This document shows, one piece after another, positions 1 to 10,922 of a DNA stretch of 64,000 bases; the stretch's first letter is position 1; each line of letters opens with the position of its first letter. A program made the translations under genes and the position numbers. The notes below the pieces were generated by a model that worked only from the letters and a program-made list of their open reading frames with translations, searched no databases and was not told the DNA's origin. The DNA lies in NCBI RefSeq assembly GCF_963921235.1, contig NC_086108.1, forward strand, positions 98,210,001 to 98,274,000, read 5' to 3'. The stretch is from Mobula hypostoma. Its lineage: Eukaryota.

Positions 1-443
1 CAATTTTACCATATTATCTGCCTGTCCTTCCTGACGGTCTCAGTACACACTGCCTCTGCTTGTATACCAACTGTCCCAACCTTAGCCCTATCACTCAGTT
101 TCCCATGCCCCTGCCAAATTAGCTTAAACCCTCCCCAACAGTTCTAGCAAACCTACCCAAAAGGATATTGGTCCCCCTTGGGTTCAGGTGTAACCTGTCA
201 CTTTTGTAGAGGTCATACCTTCAACAGAAGATATCCCAATGAAACATAAATCTGAACCTCTGTCCCCTACACAAGTTCCTCAGCCACTCATTTATCTGCG
301 AAATCATTCTATTTTGACCCTCACTGGCATGTGAAAAATTACAGCCCCTGAAGTGAAGCTTTTCAGCTGTTTACCTAACTCATTATATTCTCTCTTTAGG
401 ACCTCTTCCCTTTTCCTACCTATGACATTTGTGCCAATATGTA

Positions 444-2010
444 CAGTGCCTATAAAAAGTATTCACCCCCCCACCCCAAAAGTTTTCATGTTTTATTGTT
501 TTACAACATCGAGTCACAGTGGATTTAATTTGGATTTTTTGACAGTGATCAACAGAAAAGACTCTTTCATGTCAAAGTGAAAACAAATTTCTACAAATTG
601 GCCTAAATTTATTACAATTATTAAACACAAAATAATTGACTGCATATTTACTCACCCCCTTCAAGTCAGTATCTAGTTGATGCACCTTGGCAGCAATTAC
701 AGTTTTGAGTCTGTGTGGATAGGTCTCTATCAGCTTTACACATCTGGACACTGCAATTTTCTCCCATTTTTCTTTACAAAACTTCGTGAGTGAACAGCCC
801 TTTTCAACTCCAACCACAAATTCTCAGTTGGATTGGGGTCTGAACTCTTGGCCACTCTATTACATTAAATTTATTGTTTTTAAGTCATTCCTGTGTAGCT
901 TTGGCTTCTTGCTTGGGTCATTGCCCTGCTGGAAAACAAGTTGCAGTTCTCTTGCAGACTACATCAGGTTTTCCTACAGAATTTCCCTGTATTTTGCTGC
1001 ATTAATTTCACCCTCTAACTTCACAAGCCTTCCAGGGCCTGCTATGGTGAAGCATTCCCACAGAATGATGCAGCCACCACCATGCTTCACATTAGGGATG
1101 GTGTGTTTGGCTCACACCCAAAACTAGTGTTTAGTCTGATGGCCAAAAAAACTCAATTTTGGTTTCATCAGACCATGGAACCTTCTACCAGCTGACTTCA
1201 GAGCCTCCCACATGCCTTCTGGAAAACTCTAGTGAGATTTCACATGAGCTTTTGTCAACAGTAATTTTCTCTTTACCACTTTCCCACAAAGCTGCGACTG
1301 GTGAAACAGTTGTATGCGCAGTCTCTCCCATCTCAGCCACTGAAGCTTGTAACTCCTCCAAAGTTGTCATAGGTCTCTTGATGGCCTCCCTCACTAGTCT
1401 TCTTGCATGGTCACTCAGTTTTTGAGGACAGCCTGCTCTGGACAGATTTACAGCTGTGCCATATTCTTTCCATCTCTTGATGATTGACTTAACTGTATTC
1501 CAAGAGATATTCAGTGACTTGGAAATTTTCTTGGAAATCTCCTGACTTGTGCTTTTCAATAACCTTTTTGTGGAGTTGCCTGGAGTATTCTTTTGTCTTC
1601 ATCGTGTAATTTTTGCCAGAATACTGACTCTCCAGCAGTTGGACCCCTAGATACAGATGTATTTTTACTACAATCAACTGAAACACCTTGACTGCACATG
1701 GTGATCTCCATTTAACTAATTATGTGACTTCTAAAACCAAATGGCTGCACCAGTGATGACTTGGTGTGTCATATTAACCAAGGTGGGGGGGAGGGGGGAA
1801 GAAGAGGGTGAATACTTATGCAATCGATTATTTTGTTTTATATTTGTAATTAATTTAGTCACTTTGCAGAGATCTGTTTTCACTTTGACACGAGTTTTTT
1901 TCTGTTGATCAGTGTCCAAAAAGCTAAATTAAATCCACTATGATTCAATGTTGTAAAACAATAAAACCCCAATTGGGGGGGGGGGGCTGAATACTTTTTT
2001 ATAGGCACTG
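444..2010 (-). mobile_element. Tc1-like DNA transposon, near full length, defective
   Basis: TA at 442-443 and 2011-2012. TIRs of about 210 bp begin CAGTGCCTATAAAAAGTATTCA and end TGAATACTTTTTTATAGGCACTG. Internal transposase remnant. Confidence 0.95.
666..1602 (-). pseudogene. Tc1 transposase pseudogene (frameshifts, stops, deletions)
   Basis: MKTKEYSRQLHKKVIEKHKSG, then KISKSLNISWNTVKSIIKRWKEYGTAVNLSRAGCPQKLSDHARRLVREA (HTH plus GRPR-like motif), and a degenerate FQQxND motif near 920-935. Confidence 0.9.
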
Positions 2011-3625
2011 TACCAAGACTTCATGTGCTCACCCTCCCCCTTTAGAACATCATGGACCCAACCCGAGACGTCCCCAAACCTGGCACCTTGGAGAGCAACA
2101 CACCATCCAGGTGTATCTATCGTGTCCACAGAACTTCATATCTAATCCTCTAACGGTGGATCACTACTGCAGCTGTCTTCTCCCCGCTTTGCCTCCTGAG
2201 CCACAGAGACAGACAGTGCCAGAGACCTGGATGCTATGGCTTCCCCCAAGGCGTTTACCCCCACCCCACCACCAAACAGTATCCAAGGTGATCGACTTGT
2301 TATTGGGGGGAATGGATAAACTCAGAGATATTTTGCACTAACCGCTCATTTCCTTTCCCTCTCCTGACAGTCACTTATGTACCTGCCACCTGCTGCTTAG
2401 GGCAACTACCTCCCTGTGGCCCCGTAGACTTCCTCAGATACTACAAAGTCTGCAATGTGGGTCTAGCACCAAAGTGGTGGTTGGTATACTCTATCTACAA
2501 CAGAAAATTACTGCCCTAAGTTTCTTTTTAAATTCTCTCCCACCCCCGCAGAGCAAGCTTTGGTTCTAGTCGCACAAAAAAATTGAAATATCAATGCAGA
2601 CGATCACAGTAACCACCACGGTTCCACACTTCATACGCCTGCCCAACCAAAAAGTGCATCAAAAACAAGAAATCAAGTGCAGAGTTACAAAAATAAACTA
2701 TACACATCCAATGGCACTTGCAAGTACTCCAGCTTCACCCCCTCCCCAGTGGATTAGCTTTTCCCCCTCCATTGAACAGCATTAGGAAACTGTTCACGAA
2801 AGAAAACCCAGTGACTTTTCAAATGTTGTTTTATGGAGGAGAACTTTTTTTAAAAAAAAGATCAGTGTTCAATAATTGGGCAGTAATTGGGTTAAAAACT
2901 TGAAACAATTTTGAAAATAAAATTACAATCTGACAATAAAAATTCCTGCGGATGCTGGGTGTCAGGACCGGAGGTGAGGGTCCGGCCGATTTCAATCACT
3001 CTCCCAGAATGCTCACTCCTCTCTCCGTGGCGCTGAGGCCGTGAGCCTAGCCCGGCGGCTGTGTTTCCCTGCGACTTGACCTGCTAACACGATGAACTGA
3101 GACCAAGGCTTTGGGCCTTCTCCAGATATTCGGATCCGAGGACTCAATTTGGTTCGGAACGCTGGTACTGTTTGCGTGATTTGTGTCTTTTCTCTTTCTC
3201 TGCACATTGGGTGAGGGTCTTTATTGTTTATTGTCAGAGATGCTCTTCAGCTGAATATCATGGTTAATCTTCAATTGATTTATTGCCATGAGAGAGAGGT
3301 CGACATTGCTCATAGCTGCAAATGTACAGGGTACATCTACCATTACACTGTAAATACATGCCTTAGTACATTTAATTTAGACCTTCATTGTTCTTGTCAA
3401 TTAAAGTACACCAGGGTACTGTAATAAAGGTGGTGTCTTTATTTATCTATCAGACTTAAAGACAGAGAACCAGGATCAAACCTGCAATTTGACCAATTAA
3501 AACAGACCATAACATATTAAAAGGAACTCACATCTGCCTAAATACCATGTTAAACAATGCTGCAAATTAGAGGAATTGATGCTGTAATCATGTAAGGAAA
3601 TGACAAATTTTTACATATATACACA

Positions 3626-3790
3626 CACTCAGTGGCCACTTTGTCAGCTGCCTCCTGTACCCAATAAAGTGACCATGGTGTATGTCCGTGGTCTGCTGCA
3701 GCTATAGCCCATCCACTTCCAAGGCTCAGCACGTTGAGCTTTCAGAGATGCTCTTCTGCACACCATTCTTGTAACGCAGTGTTACCTCAA
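3626..3790 (-). mobile_element. Partial non-autonomous Tc1-like element (CACTCAGTGGCC TIR family)
   Basis: Same terminal and internal sequence as the copies at 3923, 35292 and 62312. Confidence 0.7.
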
Positions 3791-4180
3791 TCCTGAAGGA
3801 GGGTCTGGGCCCGAAACTTCGACTGTTTACTCTTTGCCATAGATGCTGCCTGACCTGTTGAGTTCCTCCAGCATTTTAGAGGTGTTGCTCTGGAATTCCA
3901 ACTTTATTTTGCGAACCGTCTACACTCAGTGGCCTTTTTATTAGGTATCTAATAAAATGGCCACTGAGCGAACGTTCGCAGTCTTCTGCTGCTGTAGCCC
4001 ATTCACCCCAAGGTTCGATGTGTTGTGCATTCAGACGTGCTCTTCTGCACACCATTGTTAAATGATTACTATCGCCTTTCTGTCAGCATAAACCAATCTG
4101 GCCATTCTCTTCTGACCTCTCTCATTAACAAGGTGATTTTTGCCCACAGAACTGCCAATCACTGTATTTTCTTTTGGATA

Positions 4181-5094
4181 TGCAGGAGCCCCTCAGCCCC
4201 TAAGCCCCCTCCTTTACTCCCTGTATACTCATGACTATGTCGCCACCCACAGCTCTAAACTGCTAATTAAATTTGCCAACGACACTACATCGATTGGCCT
4301 AATCTCAAACAATAACAAGGTGGTCTACAGGGAGACATCATCTCTCTGACACAGTGGTGTCAAGTAAACAACCTCTCCCTCAATATAGCAAAAACAAAGG
4401 CGCTGGTTGTGGATTACAGGAAGAATAGAGATGGGCTAACCCCTACTGACATCAATGGATCTGGGGTTGAGAGGGTAAACAGCTTTAAGTTCCTCGGCAT
4501 CCACATCACCGATGACCTCATGTGGTCTGTACACATCAGCTGTGTGGTGAAAAAGGCACAACAGCGCCTCTTTCACCTCAGACGGTTGAGTAAGTTTGGT
4601 ATGGGCCCCCAAATCCTAAGAACTTTCTACAGGGGCACAATTGAGAGCATCCTGACTGGCTGCATCACTGCCTGGTATTCGAACTGTACCTCTCTTAATC
4701 ACAGGATTCTGCAGAGAGTGGTGCGGACAACCCAGCACATCTGTAGTTGTGAACTTCCCATGATTCAGGGCATTAACAAAGACAGGTATATAAAAAAGGC
4801 CTGAAGGATCATTGGGACCTGAGTTACCCGAATCACAATCTATTCCAACTGCTACCGTCCAGGAAATAGTACTGCAGCACAAAAGCCAGGACCAACAGGC
4901 TCCGGGACAACTTCTTCCATCAGGCCATCAGAATGATTAACTCACGCTGATTTGAGTGTATTTCTATGTTACATTGACTGTTCTATTTATTATAAATTAC
5001 TATGATTGCACATTGCACATTCAGATGGAGACATAACAAAGAGTTTTACTCCTCATGTATGTGAACAATGTAAGAAATAACGGCAATTCAATTC
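4181..5094 (+). mobile_element. 5'-truncated Rex1/Babar LINE (RT C-terminus and 3' tail)
   Basis: LSPLLYSLYTHD...IKFANDTT; VERVNSFKFLGIHITDDL..KKAQQRLFHLRRL..FYRGTIESILTGCITAWY. Ends AATAAACGGCAATTCAATTC. Confidence 0.92.
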
Positions 5095-5110
5095 TTTGTA
5101 AACTCTAGAG

Positions 5111-5188
5111 CAGGGCTTTTTTTTTTAAAATGCCATGGACCAATTCCATTAAGCAAGGGGCCTGTGGAACCCCAGTTGGGAACCCCTG
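5111..5188. mobile_element. hAT (Charlie-like) MITE
   Basis: CAGGG...AACCCCTG ends with a perfect 8-bp TSD CTCTAGAG (5103-5110, 5189-5196). Related copies at 25402 and 26470. Confidence 0.88.
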
Positions 5189-6069
5189 CTCTAGAGACTC
5201 TTGTGCATGAAAACCTCAGGAGATCAGCCATTTCTGAGATACTCAAACCACAGTGACTAGCATCAACAATTATTCACAAAGACCACATTTCTTCTCCATT
5301 CTGATGTTTGATCTGAACAATAACAGAACCTCTTGACCATGTCTGTGTGCTTTTATGTTGCTGCCACATAATTGGCTGATTAGATATTTGGATTAACGAG
5401 GTGTACCTAATAAAGTGGCCGTGAAGTACATTTCACTGGAATCAATTCGCACAGCAGAGACACCCGAGTGTGAGGATCTGTCTAGGACTTCCCATGTCAA
5501 AAGCAGAAATGAAATTACTTGCTTTGCTCTTTGAATAAACACATATTGACACCTCTAGAAAGACACAACAGAATGACTAATAAATAGAGTCTGCAATTTC
5601 CCTCAGGATCAATAAAGTATGACTATGACTATGAATTAGTTGAAGGGAGATGATGATGCCAGCAGTTACTATAGTGAAGTGTAGCAGGGAAATGAACATG
5701 GAGGTAAGGGCCGATGAAACAAGCACACGAGTTTGCATCCCATCACAATAGCAGTGGATAAGACCATAAGACAGTGGCAGAATTAGGCCATCGGGTCTGC
5801 TCCACCAATCTTCAATCTGTAATTAACTAGCCTGGAATAAAAACCTCTTCACTAATGAAAATGAGCAAAATTAAACACCTGGATGGCTGTAAAAACTGAT
5901 CAAAAGCGGCTAACCTGTGGAAATCCCACCAACAGCAAGTTCTCCTCCAAACCATGGACTATTCTGACTTGGAAATGTCTGCTTTAATCAGCATTGACTG
6001 TAAATTTTAGATATTCAAGAAGCACACTCACTGCAAGCAGCGGATCAAGACATTGACCACTACAGAGGT

Positions 6070-6810
6070 GATCCCAGACAGTCCTTCCAGGTGAGGCGAC
6101 ACTTCACCTGTGAGTCAGCTGGGGTGATATACTGCGTCCGGTGCTCCCGATGTGGCCTTTTTTATACTGGCAAGAACCGACGCAGACTGGGAGACCGCTT
6201 TGCTGAACACCTACGCTCTGTCCGCCAGAGAAAGCAGGATCTCCCAGTGGCCACACATTTTAATTCCACATCCCATTCCCATTCTGACATGTCTATCCAC
6301 GGCCTCCTCTACTGTAAAGATGAAGCCACACTCAGGTTGGAGGAACAACACCTTATATTCCGTCTGGGCAGCCTCCAACCTGATGGCATGAACATCGACT
6401 TCTCTAACTTCCGCTAATGCCCCACCTCCCCCTCGTACTCCATCTGTTACTTATTTTTATACACACATGCTTTCTCTCACTCTCCTTTTTCTCCCTCTGT
6501 CCCTCTGAATATGCCCCTTCCCCATCCTCTGGTTCCCCCCCCCCACTTGTCTTTCTTCCCGGACCTCCTGTCCCATGATCCTCTCGTATGCCTTTTGCCT
6601 ATCACCTGTCCAGCTCTTGGCTCCATCCCTCCCCCTCCTGTCTTCTCCTATCATTTTGGATCTACCCCTCCCCTCCAACTTTCAAATCCCTTACTCACTC
6701 TTCCTTCAGTTAGTCCTGACGAAGGGTCTTGGCCTGAAACGTCGACTGCACCTCTTCCTAGAGATGCTGCCTGGCCTACTGCGTTCACCAGCAACTTTGA
6801 TGTGTGTTGC
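6070..6810 (+). mobile_element. Penelope-like element 3' fragment (GIY-YIG endonuclease C-terminus plus pLTR)
   Basis: ORF 6091..6417 FTCESAGVIYCVRCSRCGLFYTGKNRRRLGDRFAEH...PVATHFN...RLEEQHLIFRLGSLQPDGMN. Followed by a pyrimidine-rich tract and a hammerhead-containing repeat. Confidence 0.92.
6712..6747 (+). ncRNA. Minimal type I hammerhead ribozyme motif in the Penelope pLTR
   Basis: AGTC-CTGACGA-AGG(gtcttgg)CCT-GAAAC-GTC-GACT: stem I AGTC/GACT, CUGANGA and GAAA core, GUC cleavage triplet, loopless palindromic helix III. Confidence 0.75.
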
Positions 6811-7744
6811 ACAGATTTCTCAAAGTCAGTTAGGGATGGTCACCCACAGAACTATAGAATTCCACAACAAACATCCTCCCCCTGGCAATCGATTGCAACA
6901 AATTTTCATCTGTATTTGATTGAATTGAAAATTTGACCTTATGCCATCGTGAAGGGTCTCGGCCCCCAATGTCAACTGTTCACTTCTCTTCATGGAGGCT
7001 GCCCGACCTACTAAGTTGCTCCAGTATTTTGTGTGGGAGACTGCTGCTACCCAGGTCACTATCCGCAGAAACCAGCATCCATACCTTACGTCGGGCAAAT
7101 TATTCCAGTGTTACTGAGTCTGTTCATCACCTTCCCTCCTCCAGGAGTTTGATAGTAAAGACATCAAAGATCAACATTATTCATTGTATACATTTACATG
7201 CATCAGAAAATTGCTATGGTGGGGTCAGGACACGAGATCCAATAACAAAAAAAACATTCAGCAATTATAAAAAATAAAGAATTACATAAAAAGGATAAAG
7301 AATTATACAGATATAAATGAAAAAGCTAATGAAGTTTGAGATTAAAGGACAGATATGGAATAAAATATGTATAAATGCATAAATACCAGCATGTATTTAC
7401 AATATAAACAGCATCAGAAAAAGTGGCTTCAAGTGTTTACAGTGCTGTGCAGTGAAGGGGTAAACACTGTGAAGGTGGCATCCATCATTAAGGCCCTTCA
7501 CCATCTGGGACATGCCCACTCTCTTTATTACAATCAGAGAGGAGGTACAGGAGCCTGAAGACCCACACTCGGTGTCTTAGGAATGGATTCTACCTCTCTG
7601 CCATCGAATTTCTGAATTGTCCATGAACACTACTGCTATTTACTTATTGTGGCTCAAGTTGTTTTTGTACATATTGTCACAGAACAGCAAACTCCATGGC
7701 ATATTGCAGTGATAACAACACTGATTTTGATTCTAAAACCAGTT

Positions 7745-8635
7745 CTGGTTTCTTCCCCACCCCCCCTTTCCAGTCCTGAAGGGTCTTGGTTCGAACTGTT
7801 GACTCTTTTTCCCTCTCCTGCACAGTACCTCCAGCATTTTGTGTGGGTTGCTCTAGATTTCCAGCATCTGCAGTATCTCTTGTGTATCTGAAACTAGTTC
7901 AGCTGCTCGAAGAAACCAACATATATACGCATGTATCAGATGGCCAACTATTTTAATTCCACTGCCCATTCCCAATCTGACACGCCTGCCCCATGGCCTC
8001 CTCTGCTGCCATGATGAGGTCACATTTAGGTTGGAGGAGCAACACCTCGTATTCCATCCGGGTATCTTCCAAACCAATGGCACGAATATAGATTTCTCTA
8101 ACTTCTACTAATTCCTTCTCCCCTATTCTCTTTCGATTCCTCATTACAGGTTCCCTTCTTAACCCTTCTCTTCCTTTCACCTGCCTATCACCTCCCTGTG
8201 GCGCCCCTCCTCCTTCCCTTTCTCCCATGGCCCACTCTTCTCTCCCAACCTTTCTTCAACCTTTCACCTTTTCCACCTACCTTCTGACATCATTCCCCCT
8301 CTCCCACCTTCCTCCATGCCTGGTCCCACCTATCACCGTCTAGCTTGTAAAGTCAGAGTAAACTTATCATCAAAGATCATACATATCACCAAATACAAGA
8401 ATCAGAATCATTTTCTTGCAGACAGTCACCATAAATACAATTAAAAAATACCAAAATAATAATAAATAAGTAATACTCCATCCCCTTACCCTTGCCTTCC
8501 TCATCTTCTTATTCTGGCTTCTTTTCCCCACCCCCCCATCACTTTCAGTTCTGATGAAGGGTCTTGGCCACAAACATCAACTGTTTATTCCTCTCTATAG
8601 ATGTGTCTCACAGCTGAGTTCCTCCAGCATTTTGG
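7745..8635 (+). mobile_element. Degraded Penelope-like element (pLTR, GIY-YIG C-terminal remnant, pLTR) with a short insertion
   Basis: Homologous to 6240-6810. Degenerate hammerhead motifs near 7771 and 8546. Confidence 0.8.
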
Positions 8636-8945
8636 ATATAGGAGCAGAATTAGTCCATTCGGCCCATCAAGTCGGCTCCACCATTTCATCATGACTGACC
8701 CTCTCAGCTCCAATCTTCTGCCTCCTTCCTTCATGCCCTGACCAATCAAGAATTTATCAACTTCTGCCTTAAATATAAAAAGGCTTGGCCTCCACAGCCG
8801 TCTGTGGCAATGAATTCCACAGATTCACCACTCTCTGACTGAAGAAATTCCTCATCCCCAATATAGAAGAACACTCTTCTATTCTGAGGCTGCATCCTCT
8901 GATCCTCGGCTCTCTCACCAAAGGAAACATCATCTTCACATCCAC
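8636..8945 (-). mobile_element. CR1-type LINE 3' fragment
   Basis: GAATTCCACAGATTCACCACTCTCTG motif (QRVVNLWN on the minus strand) and 3'UTR shared with other CR1 copies in the window. Confidence 0.8.
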
Positions 8946-9309
8946 ATTTTGCTCATGTTGCTACCTACGTACCTTGGATTTTTGAATTTAAAAATATTAT
9001 TGCAGCTCATTCGCACACAAGTGGGATCCATAAGGCAGATGTTCTTAAATGAGGTTCTTAAACTGCCACGACAAATTTCCTGATTATCCGCTCTATCATC
9101 ACTTTGGGTGGGTCATAATCTTTATTGATAACACCACTTAAACCATCTTCATAAACCTAGCACATTGAAAGGAAATGGATGATGTTGATTATTTCATACT
9201 AGTAAACAGTTTGATTCACTTCAGGTATTTTGTCCCATTTTCGGCCTCTTACTCAGAAGTCCAGTGAATTTTTCTGGGACAGGGATTGCACAGGATTATT
9301 TTTAAAACT

Positions 9310-9595
9310 TTATTCAGAGATACAGCACGATAAAGGCCCTTCTGGCCCACTGAGCCTTTACCACCCAGCAACCCACCAATTTAACCCCTCGTCTAATCAC
9401 AGGACAATTTACAATGATTGATTAACCTTCTAACCGGCACATTTTTGGACAGTGGGAGGAAATCGGAGCACCCAGAAGAAGCCCACGCACATGTGGGAAG
9501 AACATGCAAACTTTTTAGAGAGGGTGCTGGAATTGAACTCTGAACTCCAGTGCCCTGAGCTGTAATGGTGTTGCACTAACCGTTACATCACCGTG
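9310..9595 (-). mobile_element. tRNA-derived SINE. Related copies at ~22090, 22500, 28250, 34550, 43565, 46500, 48200, 49750, 51125, 56330
   Basis: Minus-strand head with A/B-box-like sequence (GTAACGGTTAG...GAGTTCAATTCC). Shared body GGGAGGAAACC..GAGCACCC..AGGAAACCCA. Confidence 0.75.
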
Positions 9596-9714
9596 TTATC
9601 CCCTTTCTATTCCCTTTCAATAGACGTTTTGAGCCACTGTCGACACCTTTTCACCAGTCACACATCTAATACCTTCTTCACAGTGGAGTTGAGTTACTAC
9701 ATTTTCTGACTCAC

Positions 9715-9898
9715 TTTAACTGTGACCTCTACTTTTGCTGAACTGTTCATTTTCAATTCCCTTTAGTACAAGGCTGCAGCCTGATTCTGCGTCAGATATT
9801 ACATTACGAGAGGACTGGGCCAGATGAATAGGAAGTAGTACTCTCTTAGCAGAGGACTCAGATTTACGGTAATTGGTGGAAAATAGAAAGGAAACCAC
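9715..9898 (-). other. Candidate exon of an unidentified host gene, possibly carrying the start codon (MNSSAKVEVTVK, 9750-9715)
   Basis: Non-repeat sequence with acceptor GGTTTTAG|GTGG and donor AAA|GTGAGT. The ATG has A at -3. No homology recognised. Confidence 0.3.
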
Positions 9899-10051
9899 CT
9901 AAAACCGTGCAGCTTGGTGACTTGCATTTAGGAATTGGGGAATATCACAAATGCACATCACATTTAATGTGTACCTGCACAGAATACCTGACGCATAGTA
10001 GCCTACAAGGCCATGGTTTAATTTTCTTTATGCCAATGACCTCCTAGGCTA

Positions 10052-10922
10052 CAGTGGCCACTGTTAGGCACACCTGCTCATCAATGCAAATACTTAATCA
10101 TGGTCCAAGAGGTTCAGCTGCTGTTCAGACCAAACATCAGAATGGAGAAGAAATTTGATCGAAGTGACTTTGACCCTGGAACAATTGTTGGTGCCAGATG
10201 GGGTCACATGAGTATCTCAGAAATTGCTGATCTCCTGGGATTTCCACCTACAGCAGTTTCTAGAATTTATAGAGAATGGTGCAAAAAACAAACAAAAAAA
10301 ATCCAGTGAGTGGCATTTCTGCGGGTGAAAACGCCTTGTTAGTGAGAGAGGAATAATGCCATCAGGAAGCTGGTACAGGAGCCTCAGGACCCATTCTACC
10401 AGGTTCAGGAACAGTTACCACTCCTCAACCAACAGGCTCTTGAACCAGAGAGGATAACTTCATTTGCCCCACAATTGAACTCATGGACTCACATTAAGGA
10501 CTCTTCATTTCACATTCTGAATATTTATTGCATTCTTATTTAGCATTATTATTTTTCTTTTCTTTTTGTATTTGTATAGTTTATTGTCTTTTACACATTG
10601 GTTATTTGACTTTCCTGTTGATTGCAGTCTTTCATTGATTTTATTACGCTTCTTGTATTTACTGTGAATGCCTAGAAGGAGACTAATCTCAGGGTTGTGT
10701 ATGGTGACATATATGTACTTTGAACTTTGAGAGGTCAGAGGAGAATGGAAAGACTGGTTCAAGCTGACAGGAAGGTGACAGTAACTCAAATAACCACGCG
10801 TTACAACAGTGGTGTGCAGAACACGTTGGACTTTAAAGAGAATGGGATACAGGAGCAAAAGACCATGAATGTATACTCAGTGACGACTAATAGCTACAGA
10901 GGTACCTATGTTCTGATTGAGT
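10052..10922 (+). mobile_element. Non-autonomous Tc1-like element with transposase N-terminus, interrupted by a Rex1 3' fragment (~10352-10728)
   Basis: MEKKFDRSDFDPGTIVGARWGHMSISEIADLLGFPPTAVSRIYREW (HTH), continuing as RGQRRMERLVQADRKVTVTQITTRYN. GAGAGG is duplicated around the insert. Confidence 0.85.

Larger units (their letters stand above)
1..2330 (-). mobile_element. Degraded CR1-type LINE ORF1 (SGNH esterase-like) fragment, split by a Tc1 insertion at 444-2010
   Basis: Minus-strand translation gives ...GARFGDVSGWVHDVLKGEGE (ORF 1938..2129). After removing the Tc1 it reads EVLVHIGTNV, then WLRNLCRGQRFRF...LHLNPKGTNILLGRF, matching CR1 ORF1 esterase motifs. Outer limits approximate. 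Confidence 0.8.
3923..5428 (-). mobile_element. Non-autonomous Tc1-like element (CACTCAGTGGCC family) interrupted by Rex1 and a hAT MITE
   Basis: TA+CACTCAGTGGCC at the left, CTAATAAAGTGGCC at the right. Internal sequence is the reverse complement of the transposase N-terminus seen at 10141-10290. Confidence 0.8.

Noticed and set aside
6091..6417. Stand-alone GIY-YIG nuclease gene
   Set aside because: No ATG, 5'-truncated, followed by a Penelope pLTR, with decayed paralogues at 7940, 54740 and 55760.
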